A DNA stretch of 64,000 nt from Haliotis rubra (taxonomy: Eukaryota). A program made the translations under genes and the position numbers. Below are positions 1 through 15,500 of this stretch, one piece after another. Positions within the stretch are counted from its first letter, which is position 1; the number at the start of each line of letters is the position of its first letter. Under the pieces are notes generated by a model. It worked only from the letters and a program-made list of their open reading frames with translations, was not told the origin of the DNA and did not search any database. The stretch lies in NCBI RefSeq assembly GCF_003918875.1, contig NW_025765303.1, positions 1,550,001-1,614,000 on the forward strand, written 5' to 3'.

Positions 1-1728
1 GTGACTCGCGACAGTCTCCACACAGCCCAGGTAATACCGATAGCCCTTTACCGGCTTTACATTGCTATACGGGTCATGGTTTGTTCGTTTTAAAATACTT
101 ATCAAAATTCTAAACGAACTGGTGTTATTTTAGAAGGTGTGAAAATATCGAATGAAACATTCTCCATCATTCTGGTAATATAGATTGTTCCACGTTTCAG
201 GCGTTTTCAAGACGAGACATTGTAAGTTGAGATTTAGTGAATGTTATGTGAAGCATACTATTGTACATATTTTAATGCTAATATATTTTGTCTAATAAAA
301 CGTAATCTAGTTTATACTTTTACACAACGTCAGTTTAATTGTATCGACAATCGAACAACATATGACTTTTGAATCAGCTTGTTGACTGAACATTTGTTAT
401 AGAATTCTTGACAGCTTATGTTCTTTGCCAGAGGGGTTTGGCTCAGAAACATACCATACGGCATTTGGTAGAGTTAATTAGGGGTAGCAAGTTCTCCATA
501 TAACATGTATAATGACGTGCGTCTCTTAACGGGAACTAGTTTGCGTAAAAAGTTAACATGAACGAATACGAGAGCTTTACAGTTGTTGCATTTTTCAAGC
601 TGGGAACAACATTGTGTAAACCATTTTGGAAAAGTGTCATGTTGAAAAATAATAAAAGAATATACGGTCATTTTATTGTCTTATATCTAAGTGGGGACCA
701 GAACTGATCAGTCAACCATCGTTATTTTATGGATATTATTTGTTCGTATTCAGAAGATTCCACCAATAGGAACACAGGTTTTGTCCTTGGAACACTGACC
801 TTAAATAGTAGGGAAATCAGTATTCATTAATTTGAGCATGTGTCCATGAAAGATATTCTTGTCACTACTGATTGAAAATAATACGTTTAGTCAAATGAGA
901 TGTGTTGTTAATCTACGGCCAAAATAATAGCTCCATTTATTGTCCTGGGACAAGGCCAATGTCGCTTTTAGAAATACAATATTAAGGCATCCTATCCATA
1001 CCTTAGCATGTCAGTCTGGCATAATTTATTCGAATAAATGGCTACCTAACTATGGGAAAACGTTATTCGTTGTTTCAACATATACACAGTGGGAGAGAGA
1101 CAGTATGTTATATCTATTCATAATGTTCTCGGGTTTACTTGCCATTTAAGGGGCGGTGGTTAAGGCGTTCGCTCGTCACGCCGAAGGCCCGGGTTCGATT
1201 CCCCATGTGGGTACGTGTGAAGCCCTATTCTGGTGTTGCCCGCAGTGATATTGCTGGAATATTGCGAATTTTATCTGCCCCGTCTCGTATATAAACTGAA
1301 CCGTGGTGCGTTTGGGCACTGTGACCTCCATCCGATCGCCCGAGTGGACATATTGTATTTTGGTCATGGGCGCATGTTGCTCTTTTCAAAGAAAGAATGC
1401 CACCAACAGACGAAGAGTGTCACTGGAACCTCTCTACATACAACATTTCACCCTGATTCTAACACGCATGGAACTCGTCTACGAAACGATATGATTCATA
1501 TGGCTGGAATATTGCTGGGTGCAGCGTTAAACAACCAACAAATTAAGCGATATGACCCATGGACTTTATCATTTCCATCATTATAATACGTTTCATGGAA
1601 TCTATTTGAAACAGTTAAGTCACTTGAATCATGTAAGTAAACCAATTTCTGAACATATTTACAAACTTTAAAGTTTTAAAGTTTTAACGCATTTATTCTT
1701 ACACAGTTTCCAGGAATCATCAAAGACA

Positions 1729-4700
1729 ATGTCTGACCAATCGAGCGATGGTCATCTCATGTGCCGGCAACCGGAAGGTCAAAAGGTCAAGGATGAGGAC
1801 ATGGGTAAGTAATCACATGACATAACATTCCTAGTAGTGTGATGCATGTTTCAAACTGAATAAGGTTCTTTGTGAACGAAGGAATATTACTCATACTTCA
1901 CATGTATCATGGAACTCGTACAGGTCCGTGTTAGAATTTACGAATTAACGATACTCGTACTTTCAGCGACCTACGTTTGGCTGAACAGGCCACTATCGGA
2001 ATCGGATGGTCAGACTCGCTGAGTTGGTTGATCTGTGTCACCGTAGATCGGTGCTCATGATGTCAATCAGTGGATTGTATAGTCCAGGCCCAATTGATGG
2101 AGCTGAAATATTGATGTCTGTTGCGTTAAGAAATAAAACGAAAACCTATATCTATCGTGAAATCAGCGCCTAAACTGGTTCGCGTTGATAACTACAATTC
2201 TGATGTGAAGGGAATCGACCTTACACACTTCTGTAACGGGAGCAGAAGTTTGTCCTTCATGAAACCATACAGCTTAACTCTGTTCTGATCAGTATCATGC
2301 TTGCTGTGACTGGGCTTCCAGAAGGTCCAAACACGGATTCCGACGTTGATATATAGTTTCATACATGAAATCCGGATTGGTAAATATTTAGAATATTACA
2401 AATACCGCTCCAGAATAAACAGTTTGTGAATTGATATAAACGTCTATATTCTAAATTTAATTATACATAACATCATTCCCAACGTTAAAATAGAGCTCGC
2501 CAAAATGATTTTAACCACATTTTCAATTTGATCTGATGTATAAATACACGACAAAAAAAAAGTATATCAGAGCGTCAATAGAATATTGTTAAACGCGATA
2601 CTAAACAGGATAGGCACGAAAGTCCCGCGCATGTTATGGAAACCGTGCTGATTAACAGTTGTAAATGGAAGCTCTGATTATGTAACACAAGAAACGATCA
2701 CACGTGATGTGGTGACAAGAGTGAATGGATATCGCTTGTGTGTTGTTGTACAAAGGACGGACCTGGAAGGCAGGGTATATGTTTGACGAAGGTTTCGGTG
2801 AAGTGGTGAGTACTGTGTTACCTACAATATGGCGAGGTATCAGTGAAATACAACAAAGTGTAGAAAGAGTATCAGATGCTGGACGCAGCTTTAACATGGA
2901 CATCACGTGCAGATCAAGAAAGCTCCTCATACCGTTGTACCCCAGTCCGTAAAATATGTCAACTTGTACACATACGAGTAAGTTTGTTTATTTGTTGTTT
3001 TACGCCGCACACAGCAATATTCCAGCTATATGTCGGCGGCCTGTAACTAATTGTGTCTCGACCAGACAATCCAGTGATCAACAGCATGAGCATCGATCTC
3101 GATGAGAATGTATCGATCTACGCAATTGGGATACGATGGCATGTGTCAACCAAGTCAGCGAGCCTGACCGTCCGATCCCGTTAGTCGTCTCCTACGACAA
3201 ACATGGGTAACTGAAAATCAATTCTAACTCGGATTTTCTCGGGTCTGTACACATAAGAGCAACAGTTTGTTTAGTTTGTTCAACAACATTTTCTTGTAAT
3301 GGGTATTAAAATAACAAACAACAGGGTACATGGTATTCATAGCATAGCACGGTACCGCCATGTAATAGACTATTCCAGATTTTGCGATATTTTTCAATTC
3401 ATCGTTCTCATTTCGAGATAAACGGTAAACATTAACACAACACACAAATCCAGCAACATCAGGTGATGTTGTAATCTTCGGATACTGATTGATATATTAC
3501 TGAAAAATGAATAAATAAAATGATCACGTGTTACGTCAGCAATAATGAGGGCGGTGGGGTAGCTTAGTGGTTCGTTCGATCGTCACGCCGAAGACCCGGG
3601 TTCGATTCCCCACATATGTACAATGTGTGAAGCCCATTTCTGGTGTCCCCCGCCGTGATATTGCTGGAATATTGATAAAAGCGGCGTAAAACTAAACTCA
3701 CTCACTCAGCAATAACGAAGGAATATAGGTCCACACATGACTGTCAAAGTTTTTCTTGTCAAAGTCTGTTACGTACCTTTTGCTGGATTGTTAAGATTAA
3801 GCACTATTTGTAAACGATCTTTAAACTGATCAATATGTTTTTGAATGTTATAACACCGTGTCCGAATACTTGATTTTATTATATTTGAGGGTGATTTAAC
3901 TGAATGCAATACATGTGGATTTTAATGTCGTGTTTTTTATGTTTGATGTGATAATGGACGGTTGTTTTAGTGATCTTTGCCATCGTTTTTATTTTTTTTA
4001 TAGAAATTGTTATTTGTTGTTCTTGGGCCAAATAGCTGCAGTATTGTTCACTCACTCACATATGACGGTAGAGGTTATTAATAAGAATCATATTATAGGT
4101 GTTCTATTCCCACACAATCAATGTATACGTAGATCACCAAACTCCAGGTGATCCAACACCAGTGAGGTGAGGTGAAGTGAAGTCAGGTGAGGTGAGGTGA
4201 GGTGAAATGGGGTTTAACGTCGTACATATGACAACGTGCATGCGTGTGTATGTGTGGTTGCTTGTATTAGCCCAACTTCAGCTGGTTTTATAGTGCTTAC
4301 TCACTGAGATACCATGCCGCAGTGAAGCATGAATACCCCACTCAGACACATTATACTGACTCCGAGCCGACCAGTCCTTGTTGTACCCATTAATGCCGAG
4401 CGCCAGGCAGGGACCAACAAGTACCATAATTTAACGCTCTAACCACAACGCCACGGAGGCGGTACCGGTGAGGTGAAAAGCACACAACCGAATGATCAAC
4501 ATCTCTGTACTCTATGTTAAATCCCTTTCCAAATTCTTCTTCTTTTTGTTAATCGTGTAGTTTCTTTGTTTTGTAATTTGTTTTGTTTTGTTTTTTTTGT
4601 ATTGTTTTTCCCTCATGTGCGTGCGTGCGTGCGTGCGTGCGTGTGTTATGGGTTTTGTCCACTTATCATCAGGAGTACAACTGTTATTTATATAAAAGAT

Positions 4701-7700
4701 AAACACTATCACGATACCATTGACAGTATTATATGACAGGTTGTGCAGATTGATAAAATCATGACCACACCCGCTCTGATATAAAGCATTGAACATAAAC
4801 CCATGATTTAGCCAATCAAACGGTTTCTCTATATCATGGCACATTATGGACGCAAGAATGATAAAATTCCTACATGTACAGTTATATGACGTGAGTCCGT
4901 ATCTGTGAGTTAACAAATACTCATATATTCAGCACCATTTGTTAACCAGTACCCACACATACTACCCTTGACCAAACAGATATGTGTACACTTTCAAAGT
5001 TTGATGACTTAGTTTCAAGCATCTCCTTTCAGCAAATGTCATTTCGTTTGGACGCCTCATAACACTCTCCTCCCATCGTACCCGTAAAGACCCGGGGAAT
5101 AATAGTCTTCAAACAACCCCTGCTTGTCCTAAGAAGTGACTGACAGGATCGGGTGGTCAGGCTCGCTGACTTGGTTGACACATGTCATCGTATCCCAGTT
5201 GCGTTATTCGATGTTCATGCTGTTCAGCACTGGACTTTCTGCTCCAGACAGACAGTCGTGTTATGGCTGGAACATTGCGGCGTTAAACAAACAAACGAAA
5301 ACCAACTGATAAGATGTGTAGTGAAATTTCACAGAAAGAATATGACATAAGAGTCCTTGTATTGATACCTCACTGAGTCGACGCCATCATTATTGTTCAC
5401 CATGATTGATATTTCCTTGCAGTTAGCCCCTTCGCCAGACGATGGATCCTGGCCTACGTGTCCTTCTTTGGTTTCGTGTTTCTGTACGCCACCCGTGTCA
5501 ACATCAGCGTGGCCATCATCTGCATGGTGCGGTCGGCGACGTCCAACTTCACATCCAATGACAACAGCACTGCACTCAACGTGACGTCGAGGTCTCCAGA
5601 TGTTGTTGATGATGCATGTGAGATATTGGAACAAGCTATCTCAACAACGACTCAGGTAAGCAATTATTTTATCTTAATGACACAATGGCATGAAGCCATA
5701 CTATTGATATTTACAGATTACGATGAATGATGAATGAATGAATGAATGCAGTAAAGAGGATTCTGTTGAACCTTTCACAGTCTGGCTGGTTATGCTCAGA
5801 CCCTTGTCCCGTTCCCTCCCAGCCCAGCCACCGAATGGGACTCCTCTCAAGAAGGACTCCGATTCGAACCCATCAAGAACTTTTGGGAGAATGTGGAGAC
5901 ACAACAACCTTCTGCATTACCCAGGGTGTCAGAAGAGCTGTGTTCCTGGAAGTAACCGCGGATACTTCACCAATGTCATTCAAGAGATTGGAAGGTAACA
6001 AACCAAAGCACCAAGAAGAAAGGGGAGTCGGCCAAAATGATACATGGGATGCAAGCCTTACATTTCGAATGTAAGGTCTGCATATTTGCCATGTTTTTCC
6101 TAAATCTTGTCAATTACATTTGTGTCGAATTGGACTGAAAGTTCATCGATATAAATAATTGTCAGTGGTTTCATTGAAGGTTACGAATGGGAAGTGCCTG
6201 GCCCTGATCATCGAACAGAAAGCCTTCTGTTTCAGTTTTCAGACGTGTCGACTTTAAAAAAACACACAACTCATACCTTGCTTTCATCATGAATTTTAAC
6301 CCTGTGTGCATAATAAATATCTGTCATGAAGAGCCTCCATTTTAATCAACCCACGTCCTGGCAATATAAATGATAACTATAAGCAATTGAGGGAAGAGCA
6401 AGGGTGGTTAAATATATTGAATTACTAGTATATGAATCATCGTCTGAGTTTCTTGTTTCATCCAAAAAATATGAAAGGACAGGCACACTCAACTCCACAT
6501 TTTCACCATGTGAGTAATACTATACTTTTGTATTCTGCCCAAGTATAAAATTCCTTCAATATGGAATCTGTCTTCAATCTGCATCCATTAGTACCTATAG
6601 GCCTGACTTTTACGTCGACTTCTTTTCAATGACATTCCATGAAGTTAGAAGTTGATCTCATTTTAATACAAATTTGGTGTATGGGCAGAAGTAAAAGCAG
6701 TTCTGAGCAAATTATAATTCTGACAGATCCATTTTCACAGACGGGTCAAATGATGTTAGCAAAGTATTAAAACTTTGAAGACCAAAACTGTCTGAACAAT
6801 GAGGTTATGTAGTCGCTGTGTCAAGAATTTAGCTTCTGTCAGTACATACAAACAGCGATATTAACGAAAACAATAACTGTACGCGACGATGGTAGTTGCT
6901 CATGTAAAGAAATTAACTGTACGGGTTGTTGGAAAGGTACTGTACAGTTAGTTGGTTTCGTGTTATTTATCAAGTAGGAATGGGACCTTGGGTTGAAGCG
7001 TGCAGCTGTGTATTGAATGACATATTTGGTCTAATGTTTCTTTCCCCCCTCTTTAATCTGCTAAAATCTTAAATATGTTTTGTAAGTGAATATTATATCA
7101 AAGCTTCTTTAATACACCAACATTGTATATAGAACATTACAGTACATTTTTACCTTACAGAATAATAGACGCTGAAGCAATTGACGAGTCGTGCATCTCA
7201 TTTCACACAACCAACCTTACAACAAGCACACCCATTAAACAAACAAGTAGAATCTAATATGTGAATCATGCGCGAAGCATTTTAAAATCAAATATGGACT
7301 TTCATTGCACATTGAACACATCCATTTGAATTCACGTGTAACGTATGTGAAAAGAAGTTTAAACAGCTGTGGAACTCCAAAAGCCAAATAAACAGCCATC
7401 ACGACTGGAAACCTGAGCAAAGCACTTGGTGTAATGCCAAATATGGAAATAGAAAGGATCTCCAACGTCACCATCAATCATGTGAGGGTAAAGGTGGTTA
7501 CAAGAGAGAAAGTCGTGTTGAATGTAATACTTGCAAAGTCACAGTTTCAAAATTATATCTGAAAGAGCATATCGAAGTCAACACAAGATGACAATGTTTC
7601 GGTGCCCCCAATCTTATAAACTTACAAATGGCGCACATCTCTGAAATGGCACAGTGATCACGCACATTGATAACCTTTATCAAATGACCATAATGGTCAA

Positions 7701-9555
7701 TCCGAGTGCATTTTATTTTATGAACAGTTTTTCATTTTTGTGCCAAAGGTCGGGTCATAATTACCTGTAATATTTCCATCAACATTCTGTTTCTTTTTTG
7801 ACGGGGGCCCTATATCTTCAACCCTCAATGTCAATGTAATGGGTCTGGTGTACACGACTTGCCACATTTTTTTATTTCCAAGGGAATTATACTTTCAAAT
7901 TGTTTTGGTTTGAAGTTTTCTTTTTGTTGCTGGCAATATGAGATATCCTTTGGCGAACCTTGATGACATTATGTGGATGGTGCTTACACAAATATTTAAT
8001 AATGTTACAAAAGTCTGATTTCTCTGCGCAATAATAACAATGGAAACTTCCATCCATGATTGAAAGCAAATAAACAGATCATCTCCGTATATCCTTTCGT
8101 TGTAATAGTGACCTATAATGGAGGAAAAGGGAACAAATCAGATAGCTGCAACTACCAAGACAGTATTGTGTCAGAAGAAACCAACAGCCCATACAGCAAC
8201 TACCATCGATGCGTACAGTTATTGTTTTCTGTAATATCGCAGTTTATATGTATTGACAGAGTCAAAAATCTTAACACAGCGGCTACATAGCCTCATTTAA
8301 CCTAAAAATGCACAATACGTGAAATGAATTCAATTGATAAATAAATGTTGTCGAACGCCGTCGAAAGTGGTCGATTTCCCGGCTTTTCCGATTAGCGCCG
8401 AAAGACGTGTCAAGAAATGCTTTAAATGCGAATAAAACATAATGTGCCATGACCAAATGATATAGGGGTTATAATCCATGACCATTCAGCTTATACGATA
8501 AGTCGATTTCATAAACATTTACTACTTGGAAATATCAAAATCTTACAAAGTTTGGGACTGACTCTCAACCGGGATAGATCTACCGTCTATCGGGGAATTG
8601 GTACTGGATGACGGTCAACTTCCGGTTGAGCATAGACAGGGCTTACCCCAAGTGAATTATTGAATTATTTTTCTAAAGTTACTCATAAGCTCCATAGAAT
8701 ACTATATAGTCGTCCCCGCAAAGTGTTAAAGAGCATTATATGTTTTACTAGTCTTGTGGAATTGTAGCTGACTAGACTTTCAGTGAATTCTTACACCGGT
8801 TCTTTACACAAAATACCAGCTCTTGAGTTCTTATTGGTTGTGTTCCAGAGAGGAGAGTTTGACTGGGACAAGCCCACCAGGTCTCGTATTCTCGCTATGT
8901 ATTTCTATGGCTACATTTTCACACAAATACCCGGAGGGTGGCTGGCAGGACGATACGGGGCTCGCCGGGTGTGGGGACTTGGGATGTTCGTGAACGGACT
9001 TGGGACCATTCTCACCCCTGTCAGTGCTCGCCTGAATCTGTATGTTTTGTATGCAGTGAGATTCATCATAGGATTTGCAGCGGTGAGTTTCAGCAACTCG
9101 AACTTGTTTGTTTTAACACCAGATGTTGGTAAAAGATTGCGCCTTTGTCACAAACACTTACAAAGGCAAGGCAATTTTTCAAACTGATATTGGAAACATA
9201 TTGTACAAGCTATAATAGGGATATGCATCAGACATCAGTATTGTCAGTGATTTGTCAAATTGTCTTCCACGTCTTTCATAAAACATGTTGTAAGCTTTAT
9301 TACGGCATGGAGTACAATAGATCTGACCAAGCAACCTTTAATGAAACTAAAATACGAGAATCGATTTTCGCAAAAAGTGAAACCATGATTGTACTTCTTA
9401 AAGGAAAGAAATGCTGGAGCTGCCTGAAAACTGCCTGAAAGTCGAGCATGTCATTCAACACTGTAAATGCCTGACTGTTGTTTCCTTAAAACTCTGAATC
9501 CATCCCTCAGGAATTGAACACTCAAAGTACCTGTTTTTGTTTGTTTTGATTTGTG

Positions 9556-9586
<31 letters not shown>

Positions 9587-12500
9587 GAAGTTGGATCATT
9601 GTCAAAGCCCGATTCCATTTTAGTTCTTCCACCCAACTAATCGATCAACATTCACCAAGCCTGATCACCCGATTTCTTCATGTTAGACACCTGTTCTAAC
9701 TCGGAATCACCGTTCGGGTCCAGGCCGTATATATTGTAATGAAGTAAATGTGGGTCGATATAACTGAAGTATTTTATCACTTTCCCATAAACATTTTATA
9801 TGCAATCTGATGAAATGATTTTTTTCGTAACGGATGCTTATCTTTTTGGGGATGTCTCAGGGCGTGTCATTTCCTGCTACACATTCACTATGGGGGAGAT
9901 GGGCGCCTCCCCTCGAGAGAAGCAAACTCATGTCGGTTTGCTATGCAGGTAACGTAACGTAAAGTAAAGTACTGTAACGTAACAAATATCAACTGTTCCT
10001 GAAATTCTTGACTAAAACAGACTGCAGTTAACTTGTTTCCATGTAAACTGCCTGAATTGCAGCATAAACATTTCCCCTAATTAAAACCCCAAAATAGGAA
10101 GGTGCTTCACATTTTAACTGTCTGAGTTGTGATGAAACAAAATCTGAGAGATACAGACACGTGACTATTCAGGTGGAAACTCATATAACAATGGCGATAC
10201 TTGCATCATCTGCAGGATCTCACGCGGGCACTATCGTCGCATTCGCACTGTCTGGGTACCTCTGTGCCAACGGGTTTGACAACGGTTGGGGATCCATATT
10301 CTACGTGTTTGGTTTGTATAGTTTTACCTAATCAACAGAATTATAACTTAAGAAAACAACTACAATTAGATGTGATGTTGATAATGTTACATGGTATAAT
10401 ACTGAATTCAGTATACTTGACAATGACAATTTGAAAGCTGCTTATATAAGAGTGTTGTCAAGGCAATCATTACCATCACTATATACATGCATCGTCATTG
10501 TTTTCAGTAGAAATGGACAAATTTAGAAATTATTCTCTGTTATTTCTGCACTAATATTCTGTCAGTTTTGATCAATGGATGTGAAAAAATGCTCTTACAT
10601 GCGAATCCAGAGTCACCAGGTGTGAGTCCATAAGTTTCACTCAGTATAGTCCGTTTAAGGAAAAATCTCCCCAATGAATTGCACTCTAACTCAAAAACAA
10701 ATAATCGTAAATGACTCAAACCTACGTTAAAGTAAATAGGAAAAACACACCAACTCTGCAGAATTTTGTCATACTTTTGTCTACAAAATGAAAAAGTTCT
10801 TTAACAAACCGTTATTGTTTCATTAGCTATATCACGATTTGTGACAAGGGTGTAGCGACAGCTCAGGTAACAGCCAGGTAAGCGAGAGGCACGTGCAAAT
10901 TCGTCACGTGACTGTTTATCCTACTGATTGAGCGATTGATTCATCTCACACAATAAAGTTTACTGGTGATGTTAAAGCTGTAATTTACAAGGTCTACGAC
11001 TTCTTCAAGTCTGATACTCAACGGGGCAGACCATTTTATGCACTTAACAAGTTTCTTAAACGTACATCTTGTGCTGTTGGGGTTCACAGAGCCGCAGCTG
11101 AAAGCATTATTAAAACAACGACAAACTCCATCTTCAAACAGTAGCGTCCAGGAGGGGGTCGTATTAAATGCCTTAGCAACTTTTTAAAACATTGATTCGT
11201 TTCAAAAACAACTAGTCAAGAACACAATCCGATGTTTGAACAGCAAGAATAGACATTTATCCTTACGGATACTGCAAAAAGAAAGGGAATTGAACATTCC
11301 CTCTCAATATCTAAGTACCAACTTTGGAAATTGCTTCATAAGTTCGGATTTCGGTACACCAAAGGTAGTGGGGAAGTGAGACGTGTTCTTTTTGGAAGAT
11401 CAGATATTGTGCGAATGAGAAATAAATATTTACGCACCATACGTCAAAAGAGGGAAGAGGGGTTTGAGCCTGTTTATCTTGATGAGACTTGTTGAATGCA
11501 AGCCACACTGCAGAAACAGAATGGGTTGCTAGCACTGAAGAGACATGTTCCAGAAGACTGCCTTTAAACAAAGGAGAGCGACTCATTTTACCTGGGTGTT
11601 CTCTTGTGTTTAAGGCGAATGCCAAAGACAACAGAGATTATCACACCGAGATGATTGGACATGTTTTTATGGAATGGGTAAAAAAACAACTGATAACGGC
11701 GTTGCCATCAACGAGCTTGATTGTCATGGACGGTGCTCCATATCATAGTGTCCAGGATCCTGATATGAAAGCCCCAACTTCAAATTCAAGGAAGGGAGGG
11801 AGACATGATAGCGTGGTTAGAAAACCATTATATACCGTTTCCACAAAACACAACAAAACCAAAACTTTATGAAATCATTAAAATCAACAAAAGAGCACAT
11901 GTGTATAGAATTGACCAGTATCTGAAATCACAAGGTCATAATTTCTTACGTTTGCCTCCTTATCACCCCGATTGAACTCATCTGGGGTATCATCAAATCT
12001 GACATTGCCCTGAATAACACAACGTTTAATATGACAGACGTTTAAAATCTAGTCCACGAATCCATGATACATGGCAAAAATCAGATGAGAAAGTTGAAAA
12101 TGTTGTGGAGCATCAGTACTGGCTTCAAAGCGGTTTACAACAGGTGACTATCAGTCCTGTTATCATACGAGTGCATTCTGATGACTCTGACATTGACTGA
12201 CAGCAGTGAGTCCATGTCCAATTCATAATCAGTGTGATGACTTTTGATACCATCCCCTACCGATGAAATCAACATCACACGTGCCTCTCGCTCGCCTGGC
12301 CGTTACCTGAGCTGTCGCTGGTTTGTTAAACAATTGTTTATTTTGTAGACAAAAATTATGACATATTTCTGCAGAGTTTGTGTTTTTCCTATTTACTTTG
12401 GCGCTGGTTTGAGTCATTTGTGATTATTTGATTTTGAGTTAGAGTGCAATTTATTGGTGAGATTTGGACTCAAACGGGATGTATGAAGATATATGTATAT

Positions 12501-15500
12501 GTTTACTTGCTAATTTTAAACAACATCTGTGAAGGTCTTGTTATTTTGCCGCCCTTTGATGACAGTATTTTCAATTAACAACATGCGTTCATTATGTATG
12601 CAAAACGTTTCTAGTCACGATATGGCAGAAATACTGCCGATGTGACTAAATTTTAACTCGTTCACTATCTCTACTCATAATGGGCCCATAATGTAAAGCA
12701 ATTGTTAAATAAATATGGTTTTAGTTATGTGTGGCACAATCGAGATGGTTATATAATAAGTTCTTATTTGGTTTTAAAGAAAGGTGTGTATCACTAGATC
12801 AACAAACATGGTTTGGATTAATATGTCAAACATTCAGGTGTGAATGTAACTCATATAGAATAGCCCTTACTAAATTTTGGTGTTTAAATCACAGATTAAT
12901 GATAGACCAAGGTAGAAAACTTCCTATTGATAAAGAGCAACGATTTTGTACTCTGTGCATTGTACCCTGTATTGAAACAGAGTACCATTTCTGCATAATA
13001 TGCCCCTTTGTCATCCAAAAACCCAGATGTTATTGTCAAGGAATTTTTTTTATGGATTTTATGTGTCTCGTAGGCCTGTAAAGGCCGGACAGGTGTTTTA
13101 TATGTGATATTGAAGATTTAAATATTATGTAAACATTTGCGTGACACAATAATAAAATAACCTCTCTCATCATTATTACCAACTGCATCTCATATATAAT
13201 ATAAAATGATGTATGTTCCACGTTGCTCTTAGGTGCTGGAAACTTGCTGTGGTTCGGTCTGTGGATGGTGCTGTCAGCTGACAATCCCCGAAAACATAAA
13301 TTCATATCTGAGAAGGAGATTGCTTACATCGAGAACAAGATAGGCTACAAGACGAACGTTAAGGTAGGATGTATGTCTGACTTTTTACGTAAGATGAACA
13401 ATGGCACTCTGGAACTCACAAGGCAAATATGATACGTCTACCAACTAGATGATGAGCGATACAACCCCTTACATGCAGTTATCTCAAGTTCCGATCCAAT
13501 GAGACCGCCTCCGTGGTGTAGTGGTCAGAGCGTCCGCCCGGAGAGCGAAAGTTCGCAGGCTCGATCCCTGGCCGCGTCATACCAAAAGACGTTAAAATAT
13601 GGTAGGCCTACTTGTTGGTCCCACCCTGGCGCTCGGCATTAATGGGTACAACAAGGACCGGTCGGCTCAGAGTCGGTATACTGTGTCTGAGTGGGGTATT
13701 CATGCTTCACTGCGGCATGGTATCTCAGTGGGCTAGCACTATAAAACCAGCTTCAGTCTGGGCAAGCAGCCGCACATACACATACACACGCATGCACGTC
13801 GTGATATGAGCGAAATATTCTTAAGTGCGACGTTAATCCCAATTTCACCTCACCTCACCCCATTCACCCCAACGACAAAACATTTTGAGCGATTGTTACC
13901 GATGGAGTGTGGCTCTACCCTCTTTACGATGACCTTGTATCTCCACTGGGTTTCAGTGATTCCTTCATATCACTATCAAATTCGGAAATTCGTGAATAAT
14001 AACATAATATTCGGTATGTAATGATTGATCGAAACAAAGCAGTTGTCTATAGGCTATAACAGTGAGTGAGTTTAGTTTTACGCCGCTTTTAGCAATATTC
14101 CAGCAATATCACAGCGGTGGACACAAGCAATGGGCTTCACACATTGTACCCATGTGGGGAATCGAACCTAATCGAGTCTAATCATTAGGCTACCCCACCG
14201 CCCCATAGGCTATAACAACACATGGATGACAACTTTCAGACACTGGAATCAATACAATGCTTCAATATCCATAGATAATGTAAACCATACCTGTAATACC
14301 ATCTGGAAGCATCAGGTTCATATTTCACTCTTGTTTTACCTAGAACCGATATGTACGTTTAATTTTACCTCAGACAGTCGTCTTGTCACCCGGGAAAACG
14401 CAGAAGTGTTTGAATTGATTTAATTCCGATAAATGAAAGGACTTGGGTATTGCTGGCAGGTAATGATACTGCAACAGAGTAACACAATCTAGCATTGCAG
14501 TTATCTTGGCGTATTCGTGACTGTCACACTACTTTTACATTCCGTTCAATAAATTCCTTTTTCGATGTGACCTACTTCCCGAATGTACCGAACCTCATAC
14601 AAGAACTCACTGGAGTTAGGCTAAATTGTTTTGTATCATAAAGTGCTGTGTTCTGTTGTCTAATAATTTAAAGGAACGACTCAAGTGAATTCTTGTTTTG
14701 TCTGACATTGACCTTCACATGTGCCACATGCATGTTAAGTAAAAAGTATGCCTTCTCTCTATTTCAGACTCGTTCGACCCCATGGTTGGCTATGGCCAAG
14801 TCCGGACCTCTCTGGGCCATCATTCTGGCCCATATGTGCAACAACTGGACTAATTATACTCTCATCACTGTGCTCCCTACTTTCATGAAGGAAGTTCTTA
14901 AGTTTAACATCCGCCAGGTTTGTTTAACGCAGTTTCAGTTCTATTAACGTCACCTCTATCGAGTCTGGATCAGACACCCAAGTTACTGGTATATTGAGCA
15001 GCAGCAGACAATCGACATGTCAACCAAGTTCTATCCAGTTGTCTTTCACGCATAGAATAGGTTTTGAATTAGAAATAAATTGTCTGCGCTTGGTAGAAGC
15101 AGCATTTCTTTTGTGCTTTCACAAACTTGGACTTTTCACTGGATTATTGTACAAATTTGATTCTGCAAAGTTGATCATATTGTACATGATCATTTCCTTC
15201 ACATATTGGTGCAATTTTGAGACTTTGGGGACTGAAATGTGGATTTTGTGCATAATTTTCTCATTCATAAAGGTTGATTTTATTGTCAACTTGAGTTCAC
15301 CACCAATCAAGGGTGTAGCTGAGGCCTTCAAAACCCAAGCTGACTCAGCCAGTGTAACAATGACCAATCAGTCAACATTTGCCTACAGCAGGGAGACTCT
15401 GCTTGCCATTGGTGAAAAGTGTTCAAGTGCACATCTTGGAGCAACTGCCAAGGGACCGAACTCTGAACTACTTCACCATCTGAATAATCTTAGAGTACTG

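Noticed and set aside
3549-3625. tRNA-Asp-like and tRNA-Ser-like sequences (many copies)
   Set aside because: No proper acceptor stem, and always followed by a SINE body, tail and often a TSD. These are SINE heads, not tRNA genes.
6200-8500. Possible decayed DNA-transposon ORF on minus with a CxxC..HH motif at 7887-8069
   Set aside because: Too degenerate to assign a family or boundaries without a database search.
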